Below are positions 1 to 9,049 of a DNA stretch of 19,606 nucleotides, one piece after another. This stretch comes from Candidatus Muiribacteriota bacterium (lineage in GTDB: Bacteria > Muiribacteriota > Muiribacteriia > Muiribacteriales > Muiribacteriaceae): contig JBNJGP010000005.1 of assembly GCA_051747805.1 (NCBI GenBank), forward strand, positions 4,142 through 23,747, written 5' to 3'. Within the stretch, counting starts at the first letter, position 1, and each line of letters starts with the position of its first letter. The translations under genes were made by a program, and so were the position numbers. The notes beneath the pieces were generated by a model. It was not told the origin of the DNA. It made no database searches and saw only the letters and a list, made by a program, of their open reading frames with translations.

Positions 1-71
1 TTAGAATCATCAGCTGTATTATCAGAATCATCATCTTTATTATTAGAATCATCAGCTGTATTATCAGAATC
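1..71. repeat. 42-bp in-frame tandem repeat (14 aa, DSDNTADDSNNKDD) in the HEAT protein tail, truncated by the window edge
   Basis: TTAGAATCATCAGCTGTATTATCAGAATC occurs identically at 1-29 and 43-71. Confidence 0.9.
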
Positions 72-1346
72 GAGAGTAAAAGAGGAAAGATCCACATCAC
101 CGTCAGAGTCATCGATTTCAATAACATTTTCATTGTCATTTTCAGGTACATCCGGAGTATCTTTAACAGTATTTTCATTTTTTTTATTTAATAACTCTTT
201 TAAATCATTCTCATCTAAATTTATTTTCACCGTTGGTTGGTCACCTGATTCAGAATTAGTTTCTATCTGCGAACTAGAGGGTTTATTTACAGTTTCTTTT
301 ACTTCTTCTTCTTCTTCTTCTTCTTCATTTTTCTGTTCTAACTTATTATCTTTTTTATCCTCAACCTCTTCACCGTTCTCGTCTTTTATAATATTAATAT
401 CAGGTTCAATTTTGATTTCATTAATCATTTCTGTCTCTTTTTGGAGTTTTTCATTAATATTAATTTTTTTCTTGTTTTTAGCTTCAAGATAAAGATGATT
501 TAATGATTCCTCGCCTTTTTCAATAATATTTTCAACAGCCTTTTCTATTTTAGAAATTAATTCAAGTTCGTCTTCTTTTAAATACTGATTTAATAAAATT
601 TTTCCAGATTTAAGGCTTTTAATTTTAGAAAGAGCAAAAATTGCGGAATCCCGCATTTCCCGGCGGGGAAGACTTATCATTTTTTCCAGCAGAGTTAAAA
701 CATTACTTTTTCCTAATTTTTGAAGAGCTTTTGCGGCATTTGCAAGAACCCGTGGATTTTTATCTTTCAACATAGGTATAATATATTTATATACTTCATC
801 TTCTTTTAATAATTCAAGGCCTTCTATTGTATTAGCTCTTATTCTAGGATCGGGGTCTTTTAAATATTTAATAAGTAGGTGTACGTCATTTTTTCCGCCT
901 AAATAACCAATTGTTTTAACAAGAGTTGCGCTTACAAATGAGTCACTTTCTTTAAAAAGTGCTTCCTTTAAATAGGGAAGGATTAACTTACCGTCAAATT
1001 TTAAAACACCCTTCTGAATGGCTTTTATTTTTGTTTCAGCTGATTGGGATTTTAACAAATCTATAAAAAGATCAAAATCCATATCCTGTGTATTGAAGCT
1101 TTCTTCTTTTGAAGATTCTGGCTGGATTTTTTCAATTCCTTCAAACTCAGAAAGTTTTTCTTTGAACATTTCAAGGGCTCTTTTAGCATAATAATGTACT
1201 TTTTCGTCTTTTTCGGTTAATTTTATATCTTCCAGCGCCTGAAGAGAATAAAGCATTTCTTTAGTAAATTTAATAATAGCATTTTTTCTAATATCTGGAT
1301 CTTTATTCTCAATATCAATAAAAAATTGATTTATAAATTCAACCAT
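3..1346 (-). CDS. HEAT/PBS-lyase repeat protein with long acidic low-complexity tail (3' end outside the window)
   Basis: Not in the ORF track because no stop lies inside the window. ATG at 1346 has GGGAGAG upstream. Reads MVEFINQFFIDIENKDPDIRKNAI...; HEAT-like units LKDPDPRIRANTIEGLELL, LKDKNPRVLANAAKALQKLG, REMRDSAIFALSKI; then a D/E/N/S-rich region open to the window edge. Confidence 0.85.
   Translation of the reverse strand, partial: MVEFINQFFIDIENKDPDIRKNAIIKFTKEMLYSLQALEDIKLTEKDEKVHYYAKRALEMFKEKLSEFEGIEKIQPESSKEESFNTQDMDFDLFIDLLKSQSAETKIKAIQKGVLKFDGKLILPYLKEALFKESDSFVSATLVKTIGYLGGKNDVHLLIKYLKDPDPRIRANTIEGLELLKEDEVYKYIIPMLKDKNPRVLANAAKALQKLGKSNVLTLLEKMISLPRREMRDSAIFALSKIKSLKSGKILLNQYLKEDELELISKIEKAVENIIEKGEESLNHLYLEAKNKKKININEKLQKETEMINEIKIEPDINIIKDENGEEVEDKKDNKLEQKNEEEEEEEEVKETVNKPSSSQIETNSESGDQPTVKINLDENDLKELLNKKNENTVKDTPDVPENDNENVIEIDDSDGDVDLSSFTLDSDNTADDSNNKDDDSDNTADDS
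303..326. repeat. (TTC)8 microsatellite encoding Glu8 on the minus strand
   Basis: Eight perfect TTC units, in frame as GAA codons of the 3..1346 CDS. Confidence 0.9.
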
Positions 1347-1394
1347 ATAGCTCTCCCTGGAATATATATATATTATTTTAAAAATTTACTTTAT

Positions 1395-1422
1395 TTATCG
1401 GCCTTATATAAATCATACTTTA
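1395..1422 (-). promoter_or_regulatory. Putative sigma28 (FliA/SigD)-type promoter for the HEAT gene
   Basis: Minus strand reads TAAA-gtatgatttatataag (16 nt)-GCCGATAA. The -10 matches the consensus exactly; the spacer is one longer than the usual 15. It lies about 50 nt upstream of ATG 1346. Confidence 0.55.
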
Positions 1423-1506
1423 ATTAAGAAAACTGATTGTTTTATTTGGAAATTCAAAGAGCTGCTATAACCACCACCAATTCTAAATTTAGCCGAAAAT
1501 CCTTTA

Positions 1507-1523
1507 GTGGTAAGGCCTACACA
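1507..1523 (+). repeat. 17-bp motif, copy 1 (inverted partner at 4404-4420)
   Basis: GTGGTAAGGCCTACACA versus the reverse complement of 4404-4420, GTGGTCAGACCTACACA: 15/17 identical. Confidence 0.65.
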
Positions 1524-1610
1524 CTTTGTTTTTTCGCAAACTGATGTCGGCGCTGACCCCATCAAATCAAGGATTTTCTCTATTATCATTGAGAATTGCT
1601 GGATAACCAC

Positions 1611-1639
1611 TTTACATTTTGAATATAAATTTATATAAT
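1611..1639 (+). promoter_or_regulatory. Sigma70-type promoter, probably leaderless transcript
   Basis: TTTACA(1611-1616)-N17-TATAAT(1634-1639), 7 nt before ATG 1647; no SD sequence. Confidence 0.7.
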
Positions 1640-1646
1640 TCTGTTT

Positions 1647-4355
1647 ATGTTTAAATATGATATTCCAAGACCCCCTGATGTTTTTACAGGTAGAAAGAGG
1701 GAATTAAATAAATTATTTGAGTATTTTGATTCACAGAAAATAATTGTAATAGCAGGATTAACGGGAATTGGAAAAACTGCCCTTTTGTCTAAATTACTTG
1801 AAAAACTAATTGAAAAGTATCCTGACAGATATTTTTTCTGGATAAGCGCAAAACCCGACTGGACTCTTGATAATTTTTTTGATGAAATTTTTAATTGGCT
1901 GCAAGATAGAGAATTAGATAATATTATTGAAAAAACAAATCGAATAGAAAACCAGCATCAGAAGATAAAGAAACTTGTTTTAGAGCTTGAAAAAAACGCT
2001 ATAACCTTTATTATTGACGATTTCCAGTTTATAGAAAATGATAAAACCCGTTTAATGATAAATGAGGCTATAAAAAATTTTTCAAAGGCTAGATTTGTTG
2101 TTGGGACCAGAAAAAGAATTAAACTCTCTCCTATGAAAAGAGTAGAAATTTTTGAAAGGCGCCTTGATGGACTCAGTTTAGAAGATACCAAACTTTTTAT
2201 TGAGCATCTTCTGAAAAAGCACGGATTAACTTCCCCTAATTCTGAAACAATGAAAATAATTTATGCCAAAATTCAGGGACACCCGTTATCTGTTAAGCTT
2301 TTAGTAAGTCTATATATAACAGGCGATATTTCTTTTGAAACCCTTGTGGAAGAAAGTAGTGAGTTTGGCATAGAGCTTGAAAATTATATTATGGAATCTT
2401 TGTTCAGAAGCTTATCTTTAGAGGAAAAAAAATTTTTAACTTATTTTTCGGCCTTTTATAAACCTGTATCTAATCAGGTTATGGAAGATTTAATTGATGT
2501 GAAGAATTTTTCATCAATTAAAAATAAATTAGTTGACCTTTATTTAATAGAAAAAAATAGCGAAAGAAAGTATTTTATTCATTCAATTCTAAAAAATTAT
2601 TCTAACTCTAAACTTGCCGAAAGAGAAAAAAAGGAAATTTATAATAATTTTGCTCTGTATTTTAAACAGTTTGATGATATAAATATGAAGCTTCAGGCCT
2701 TTTACTACTGGTTTGAAATAGATAAAAAAGAAGAGGCAGTAAAATTTTTAATTACATTTATTGACGGGGTTTTTAAAAAAGGAAAAAACGAAGAACTCTA
2801 TAATATAATCGAGAATATAATGGAAAATTATGGCAAAAACTACCCGGTTTTGCAATTTTTTAAGGCTAATATACTGTTGAGATGGGGGGATTTAAAAAAA
2901 GCCGAACTAATATTAAATAATATTGAAAAAAAAGGTGATAAAAAGCTTCAGGCTGATATTTATGAGGCTCTTGGAAAAATAAATGTGTTAATGTCTAATA
3001 ACAAAGAGGCGGTTGAATATTTTGGGAAGGCCTGTGATTTATATTCTCAATTAAATTTTATTGAGGGGGAAACAGCCTGTTTTGTTGGACTTGGTGATTC
3101 AATGAGGTTTTCAAATAAAATTGACAGTGCCGAGGAATATTTCAACCGGGCAAAACAGTATATTACTGAAATCTCAGCACATCTTAAAGGAAGAGTTTAT
3201 AAGGGTTTAGGTGATACAGCTTTTAGAAAAAGAAATTATAATATTGCACAAAATTATTTTGAAAAGGCAATTGCTATTTTTGAGGAAATTAATGAGAATT
3301 TTTATATTGGTAAAATCCGACATAATCTTGCTTTTTTATACTTTGAGCTGGCCAAAATTGAAGATTGTCTTGAACTTCTTTTTAAACTTCTTGATTATAG
3401 AGAATCAATTAATGATAGTGTAGGATTAATTTATAATTTTTCCTTTGTGGGCGAGATTTATTTAATTAAAAATAATATAGAAAAAGCAGAATATTATTTG
3501 AAATCCGGATTAAAATACACTATTGAAACTGATGAAAAAAGAGGGGCGTCTGATTTATACCTTAATTTAATAAAACTTTATATACTTAAAAAGGATTTTG
3601 ATTCAGCACTTCATACTTATAAAATAGCATTGTCTCAGATAGAGGACCTGCCGGGAATGGAAAAATTCTGTAATATGTTTTATATATCAAAAAATATGAT
3701 AAATCTTTTTGCAAATGAAGAAGTTGAAGATAAAAGAATACTGGAACTTGCCCGCGATATGGAAAACAGCATGGAATATTCATGGGCTTATCAGGCTTAT
3801 CTGATTTTAAGGAATTATTTTAATAAAATAGATAAATCTTTTAAATATCAGCAAAAATTGTCAGACATTTCAAACAAAATAATTAAAGTTGAAATGGAGT
3901 TTTTGAATAATTTTTTTGCGCTTAAAAAACAGGATAAAACAATATATCAAATTGTTACCAGCGATAAAACCCTTGAAGCAGATAAGCACACTTACAATGA
4001 GTTTTTATCCCAGAAGGAAAAGTATGACATTTTTGTTAATTTTGCAGAAAATGAAATTTTTGAAAAATCACGCGGGAATCTGAGAGTTTTAAAAAAAAGA
4101 ACAGTGGCAAATGTTTTTGCGCTTTTTATAAAAAACATAGGAAAAGAGCTTTCATTTAAAAAAATATTTGAGACAGTATGGAAAAGAGAATATGATCCTG
4201 AAACTGATGCAATAACTGTAAGAGTTAATATTTCAAGATTAAGGTCAGAAATTGAACCTGATTCTAAAAAAACTTTATATATAATTAATGCAAGGGAATC
4301 TGGATACTATTTATTTAATCCAAAAACGAATTATATTGTTATAAATAAAAAATAG
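1647..4355 (+). CDS. STAND-class P-loop NTPase with TPR repeats and a C-terminal OmpR/PhoB-type winged-helix DNA-binding domain
   Basis: N-terminal FTGRKREL, Walker A GLTGIGKT, Walker B FIIDDFQ, GxP motif (IQGHPL), TPR-like helices (YKGLGDTAFRKRNYNIAQNYFEKAIAI), and C-terminal FETVWKREY...VRVNISRLRSEIEP...GYYLF typical of Trans_reg_C. Confidence 0.85.
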   Translation: MFKYDIPRPPDVFTGRKRELNKLFEYFDSQKIIVIAGLTGIGKTALLSKLLEKLIEKYPDRYFFWISAKPDWTLDNFFDEIFNWLQDRELDNIIEKTNRIENQHQKIKKLVLELEKNAITFIIDDFQFIENDKTRLMINEAIKNFSKARFVVGTRKRIKLSPMKRVEIFERRLDGLSLEDTKLFIEHLLKKHGLTSPNSETMKIIYAKIQGHPLSVKLLVSLYITGDISFETLVEESSEFGIELENYIMESLFRSLSLEEKKFLTYFSAFYKPVSNQVMEDLIDVKNFSSIKNKLVDLYLIEKNSERKYFIHSILKNYSNSKLAEREKKEIYNNFALYFKQFDDINMKLQAFYYWFEIDKKEEAVKFLITFIDGVFKKGKNEELYNIIENIMENYGKNYPVLQFFKANILLRWGDLKKAELILNNIEKKGDKKLQADIYEALGKINVLMSNNKEAVEYFGKACDLYSQLNFIEGETACFVGLGDSMRFSNKIDSAEEYFNRAKQYITEISAHLKGRVYKGLGDTAFRKRNYNIAQNYFEKAIAIFEEINENFYIGKIRHNLAFLYFELAKIEDCLELLFKLLDYRESINDSVGLIYNFSFVGEIYLIKNNIEKAEYYLKSGLKYTIETDEKRGASDLYLNLIKLYILKKDFDSALHTYKIALSQIEDLPGMEKFCNMFYISKNMINLFANEEVEDKRILELARDMENSMEYSWAYQAYLILRNYFNKIDKSFKYQQKLSDISNKIIKVEMEFLNNFFALKKQDKTIYQIVTSDKTLEADKHTYNEFLSQKEKYDIFVNFAENEIFEKSRGNLRVLKKRTVANVFALFIKNIGKELSFKKIFETVWKREYDPETDAITVRVNISRLRSEIEPDSKKTLYIINARESGYYLFNPKTNYIVINKK

Positions 4356-4403
4356 GAATTTCAACCCGTAGACACTTAAAAAGCTCGATTTCTGTAAAGA
4401 AGT

Positions 4404-4420
4404 TGTGTAGGTCTGACCAC
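4404..4420 (-). repeat. 17-bp motif, copy 2 (inverted relative to 1507-1523)
   Basis: Plus strand TGTGTAGGTCTGACCAC, containing the GGTC-T-GACC palindrome. Confidence 0.65.
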
Positions 4421-4461
4421 AAACCCCTTTTAAGAAAATTTGTTAAACTCGAAATAATTAG

Positions 4462-4490
4462 TTGAAAAAAAAATAAAATTTCTATAAAAT
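4462..4490 (+). promoter_or_regulatory. Sigma70-type promoter, probably leaderless transcript
   Basis: TTGAAA(4462-4467)-N17-TAAAAT(4485-4490), 7 nt before ATG 4498; no SD. Confidence 0.65.
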
Positions 4491-4497
4491 ATAAACT

Positions 4498-5121
4498 ATG
4501 AAAAAACTTATTTATTTATTATTTATAATTTTATTTCCTTTTGTTTCTTTTGCAATGCCTTCAATAATTCAGGAAGAAGATGAGTTTAAATTAACAACTT
4601 TTTTTAAACCACTTGTTTTTGTAATTGATGAGGATAATAATTTTCATGTTGAAGATGAAGACAAGTTGTATAATTATGTAAGCAATTCACAGCCGGATAA
4701 AGATTTGGAAGATAAAGAAAAGTTTATCTTTTCTGGTGCTGTGATTGCCTCGCTTGACTTTTACAGATTTTTTAAAGGTGCAATAGAAAAAGAAGAGTCC
4801 ATAATAAAGGCAATAAGTAATAATCTGGATGAGTATTTTTATAGTTTTAAAGAGGGTTATAAGGCTGCACATGATTTTTTAGATGAAGCTGATAATAAAG
4901 AAGAACTTCTTGAATTAATTTATTTCAGACCATCAAGAGCTCCTGGTTCTGAAGCTTCTTTTTATTTTAAACGTGGATATGACCATTCAGATAATTATAT
5001 ATCTGATTTTTATGAAAATATACGATTATCCAATTATGATTCTGACAGAATGATAAATTTTATTAAAAATTATGCCTACGCTCTCGGAATTATGTCATAT
5101 ATAAAAACGAACCATGCTTAG
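4498..5121 (+). CDS. Hypothetical exported protein
   Basis: 207-aa ORF with a Sec-type signal peptide (MKKLIYLLFIILFPFVSFA); overlaps the next gene by 8 nt; no family recognised. Confidence 0.75.
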   Translation: MKKLIYLLFIILFPFVSFAMPSIIQEEDEFKLTTFFKPLVFVIDEDNNFHVEDEDKLYNYVSNSQPDKDLEDKEKFIFSGAVIASLDFYRFFKGAIEKEESIIKAISNNLDEYFYSFKEGYKAAHDFLDEADNKEELLELIYFRPSRAPGSEASFYFKRGYDHSDNYISDFYENIRLSNYDSDRMINFIKNYAYALGIMSYIKTNHA

Positions 5122-5941
5122 TAATATTTTATTTGGAACAGCCGGAAAGCCTCATAAGGCTACAAAAGTAACGTCATCTGAGGCAGTATCAATTATAAAA
5201 TCTATAAATCTTGATGCTTTTGAACTTGAATTTGTACGTAGTGTAAATATAAAAGAAAAAAAAGCCTTAGAAATAAAAGAAAACTCAGAAAAAGAAAATA
5301 TAAAAATCTCATGTCATGCACCTTATTATATTAATTTAAATTCAAAAGAGGATGAAAAAATTCAGGCAAGCATTAACAGAATTGTAAAATCTGCCTTTAT
5401 ATTAAATAAGGCAGGCGGGAATAATCTTGTATTTCATTCAGGTTTTTTTTTAAAACTTGATTATGAAAAAAGTATTGAAAAAACAATAAATGGTTTGAAA
5501 AAAATAAGAAAAATTTTAAATTCGTCGGGATTATCACATATCATATTAAGACCAGAATTAACTGGAAAAAAAACTCAAATAGGAAGTATTGAAGAGCTTT
5601 TATTATTTTCTGAAGAAGTAGAAAATACTCTTCCTTGTATTGATTTTTCTCATTATCTTGCAAGGCATGTTCAAGAAAAAGATTTTATTGTGCTTTTTGA
5701 AACAATAAACAAACGAAATTCCCGTTTTTTTGAAAATATGCATATGCATTTATCTGGTATTGATTTTGGTATTAAAGGTGAAAAAAAACATCTTAATTTT
5801 AAAGATAGTTTAATTGACTATAAAAAAGTCATAAATTTGCTGATTGAATACAACTGTAAAGGAACAGTAATATGTGAATCTCCTTCGCTTGAAGAAGATG
5901 CTTTATTGCTTAAAAATTATTATTGGAGTGTGAAAAGATGA
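5114..5941 (+). CDS. nfo: Endonuclease IV / AP endonuclease family 2 TIM barrel, short archaeal-type form
   Basis: Motifs FGTAG, ELEFVRSV, HAPYYINLNS, VFHSG, ELTGKKTQIGS, CIDFSH, HMHLSG, ICESP, which include the metal-ligand residues of this family. Confidence 0.8.
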   Translation: MLSNILFGTAGKPHKATKVTSSEAVSIIKSINLDAFELEFVRSVNIKEKKALEIKENSEKENIKISCHAPYYINLNSKEDEKIQASINRIVKSAFILNKAGGNNLVFHSGFFLKLDYEKSIEKTINGLKKIRKILNSSGLSHIILRPELTGKKTQIGSIEELLLFSEEVENTLPCIDFSHYLARHVQEKDFIVLFETINKRNSRFFENMHMHLSGIDFGIKGEKKHLNFKDSLIDYKKVINLLIEYNCKGTVICESPSLEEDALLLKNYYWSVKR

Positions 5942-8367
5942 AAAATTTAATTATACACGGACATTTTTATCAGCCACCCAGAGAAAATCCCTGGTTACAG
6001 CAAATAGAAAGTCAGCAGGGAGCAGAACCATATCATGATTTTAATGAAAAAATTGCCGCAGAATGTTATAGCCCTAATGCTTATTCTAAGTATCTGGATG
6101 GTTATGGAAGGATTCTTGATATAAAAAACAATTATGAGAATTTAAGTTTCAATTTTGGACCGACCCTGCTTAGCTGGATAGAGAAAAAACTTCCAATGAC
6201 TTATAATAAAATTATTGAGGGAGACAAAATATCTTGTGAAAATAATAATGGCCATGGAAATGCGATAGCTCAGGTGTATAATCATATAATACTTCCTCTT
6301 GCCCGGGAAAGAGATATATATACTCAGATAAAGTGGGGCATTAAAGATTTTGAGTATCACTTTAATAGAAAACCTGAAGGAATGTGGCTTTCAGAAACTG
6401 CAATAAATATAGATACTGTGCATGCTTTAATTGACTGTGGCATAAAGTTTACTGTGCTGTCACCGTTTCAGGCAGAAAAAATAAAAAAACTGAATTCAGA
6501 TAAAAAATGGCAGGACGTTTCTTCTGGCTCAATATCTCCAGGTCGTGCTTATAGAATATTTGAATATGATAAGAATGGAAAAAAATTGAAAAATAGATAC
6601 CTGGATGTCTTTTTTTATGATAGAGTTCTTTCACCTGCAATAAGCTTTGAACATCTTCTGACAGATGCGGGTATTTTCAAACATCGAATTGAAGAGGCGG
6701 CAGCGGGGCTAGAAGAAAAAAATCCTTTAGTCAATATTGCAACAGACGGAGAAACTTTCGGCCATCATGAACCCTTTGCAAACATGTGTGTTACTGCGGT
6801 AATAAAAGAGCTTAAAAATACAGATATTAACCTGACAAATTATGGGAATTTTCTTGAGCTTAACCCTCCAAAGGAAGAAGTTATATTAAAAAAAGGTGAT
6901 TATGGTACGGCCTGGAGCTGTTCTCATGGTGTTGCAAGATGGTACAAAAATTGTGGGTGCACAACAGATTCGCCAGAAGACTGGAATCAGAAGTGGCGAA
7001 CTCCTTTAAGAGATGCTTTTAATTATTTACAGGAAGAGTTAAATAAAATATACATTTCTTATTTAAAAGACGTTGAGAACCCATGGGAATTCAGAGATAA
7101 GTACGTAGAAGTATTATGCGGTTCTTCCAGCAAAGAAGAGTTTTTAAAAAAGGTACCTTCTGCCGTGAACAAAAATAAAATTTTGATATTAATGGAAATC
7201 CAAAAATACTCAATGTTTATGTTTACAAGCTGCGGCTGGTTTTTTGGAGATATTTCACGCATAGAACCAGTACATAATATGAAATATGCTATAAGGGCTC
7301 TTGACTTGCTTGAATATATTGAGCCTGGAAAAAAAGAAGAGCTGGAAAAAAATGTTAAATTAATTCTAAAACAGGCCGCCAGCAATATTAAAGAGTTTAA
7401 AAATGGAGCATATATCTGGGAAAATATGGCTAAAAAAGCGGCTGTTGGGGATAATCATTTTGCTAATCACTTTGCAATAAAGGCTGCAATAACTGAAAAT
7501 TATAATAATTGTAGGCTTTTTAACAGGCACCTTTCTATTGAACAGGGACCTGATTTTCGTTTTGAGCATAATATAAAGAAAATGCATGCGCGTATAAAGC
7601 TATATAACCCGGAAATAGACCTTGAAAAAAAATTATCTGTTATGACATGTATTAACGAAGAACATGATATAAAAACATATATAACAGAAAAAGAGACTAA
7701 TATTGATAACTTTTTATATGATGATGAAAAAACAGAGATATTTGGTTTATGCGATTTGTTTTATGATGAAAGAGAAGTTCTTATTAAAGCTTTAATGAAA
7801 GATAAATTAGCTTCAATTAAAAAAATGTATGAAAAGAATTACTATCAGAACCATTCAATAATTGCGGTAATTGCCCAGACTGGACTTGTTCTACCAGATG
7901 AACTCCAACTGCCGGCAAGAATTACCCTTCAGGATAAGCTTTATTATTTAACAAAACAGTATATAAATGATTTTAAACTTGATGTGTATAAAGAAATCAA
8001 AGAAATATTTGAAGAAATCAGGAAATTTAATATTAAAATTGATAAAAAGGATATATCCAGTTTAATAGAAAAGAAGCTTCTTTTTTTAATAAATGAATTT
8101 GAAGATAATAAAAATAATTACACAGTAGAAAATATTATAAAATTAGTTGAGTTTAATATTGAGTTTGGGTTATTTTTAAATAATGACCATGAAAAAAATG
8201 TTGTTTACAGTATATTATGTGAGCTTGTTGATAATAAAGAAGAGTTAAAAAAGAAAAACAGACTGACTGAGCTGGATTTTGATAAAATACAGAAAGTTTT
8301 GAGACTTGGAGAGTTACTGAATATAAATATTGATAATTTCAGAGACAGATTAAATCCCTTTAAATAA
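5938..8367 (+). CDS. Glycoside hydrolase family 57 with DUF3536-type region (alpha-glucan-active enzyme)
   Basis: HGHFYQPPRENPW, NFGPTLLSW, GMWLSETA (nucleophile Glu), ATDGETFGHH (acid/base Asp), WSCSHGVARW, MFTSCGWFF. Start moved to ATG 5938, which has an ATGA overlap with the nfo stop and GGAG at 5925-5928. Confidence 0.9.
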   Translation: MKNLIIHGHFYQPPRENPWLQQIESQQGAEPYHDFNEKIAAECYSPNAYSKYLDGYGRILDIKNNYENLSFNFGPTLLSWIEKKLPMTYNKIIEGDKISCENNNGHGNAIAQVYNHIILPLARERDIYTQIKWGIKDFEYHFNRKPEGMWLSETAINIDTVHALIDCGIKFTVLSPFQAEKIKKLNSDKKWQDVSSGSISPGRAYRIFEYDKNGKKLKNRYLDVFFYDRVLSPAISFEHLLTDAGIFKHRIEEAAAGLEEKNPLVNIATDGETFGHHEPFANMCVTAVIKELKNTDINLTNYGNFLELNPPKEEVILKKGDYGTAWSCSHGVARWYKNCGCTTDSPEDWNQKWRTPLRDAFNYLQEELNKIYISYLKDVENPWEFRDKYVEVLCGSSSKEEFLKKVPSAVNKNKILILMEIQKYSMFMFTSCGWFFGDISRIEPVHNMKYAIRALDLLEYIEPGKKEELEKNVKLILKQAASNIKEFKNGAYIWENMAKKAAVGDNHFANHFAIKAAITENYNNCRLFNRHLSIEQGPDFRFEHNIKKMHARIKLYNPEIDLEKKLSVMTCINEEHDIKTYITEKETNIDNFLYDDEKTEIFGLCDLFYDEREVLIKALMKDKLASIKKMYEKNYYQNHSIIAVIAQTGLVLPDELQLPARITLQDKLYYLTKQYINDFKLDVYKEIKEIFEEIRKFNIKIDKKDISSLIEKKLLFLINEFEDNKNNYTVENIIKLVEFNIEFGLFLNNDHEKNVVYSILCELVDNKEELKKKNRLTELDFDKIQKVLRLGELLNINIDNFRDRLNPFK

Positions 8368-8434
8368 TACTTGGAGGCTGAAAACGGCAATACCTTTGTT
8401 TCAAGAGAAAAGATACGGGAGAAGCATTTTTTTT

Positions 8435-9049
8435 ATGATTATTTCAAAAAAAACAATTGAAAGACTTGCCATATATTTAAGATATTTAACTAATCTTGAA
8501 AATGAGGGAGTAGAGAAGGTGGACTCAAAAACATTATCACAGCTGGCCCTTGTATCGCCGACTCTTTTACGGAAGGATTTAAGTTATTTTGGTGAATTTG
8601 GAAAAAGCGGATATGGATATAACATTTCTCATTTAAAAAAATCTATTCAGAATATTTTATCAACCAACTCTTCAAAATTTTTCATAATTGTTGGTGCCGG
8701 AAATATTGGCAGGGCACTTTCAAGTTATATATATTTTGAGAAGTTGAATTTTCATCTTAAGGCAGTATTTGATAGAGACAGGAAAAAAATAGGAAAAAAA
8801 ATAAAGAATTTAAATATTAGAAATTATAATGAAATGGAAAAATACCTTGAAAAAAATCATGTGGATATTGCCATAATTGCTACTCCAGAAAAAGAGGCAA
8901 GAGAAGTTTACCTGAAATTATTGACTAAAAATGTAAAAGGAATCTGGAATTTTGCACCCGTAGATTTTCCTGGAAATGAAAGTACATTTGTAATTAACGA
9001 ACATTTATCTAAAAATCTATTAGTATTAAGTTATAATATCAGTCGATAA
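8435..9049 (+). CDS. rex: Redox-sensing transcriptional repressor Rex
   Basis: TIERLAIYLRYL, LRKDLSYFGEFGKSGYGY, Rossmann motif IVGAGNIGRAL, GIWNFAP. Start moved to ATG 8435, with GGGAG at 8417-8421. Confidence 0.93.
   Translation: MIISKKTIERLAIYLRYLTNLENEGVEKVDSKTLSQLALVSPTLLRKDLSYFGEFGKSGYGYNISHLKKSIQNILSTNSSKFFIIVGAGNIGRALSSYIYFEKLNFHLKAVFDRDRKKIGKKIKNLNIRNYNEMEKYLEKNHVDIAIIATPEKEAREVYLKLLTKNVKGIWNFAPVDFPGNESTFVINEHLSKNLLVLSYNISR

Noticed and set aside
133..492. 119-aa plus-strand ORF
   Set aside because: Ser/Phe-rich antisense shadow of the Glu/Lys-rich minus-strand HEAT gene.
1413..1610. 65-aa minus-strand ORF
   Set aside because: No SD or recognisable motif; it overlaps the predicted promoter and repeat elements. 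A small peptide cannot be fully excluded.
4440..4457. Rex operator-like TTGTTAA half site
   Set aside because: The second half (GAAATAA) does not complete the TTGTGAA-N4-TTCACAA-type palindrome. No convincing Rex box was seen in the window.
8368..8434. Possible riboswitch between GH57 and rex
   Set aside because: The 67-nt spacer has no recognisable aptamer consensus or convincing stem.
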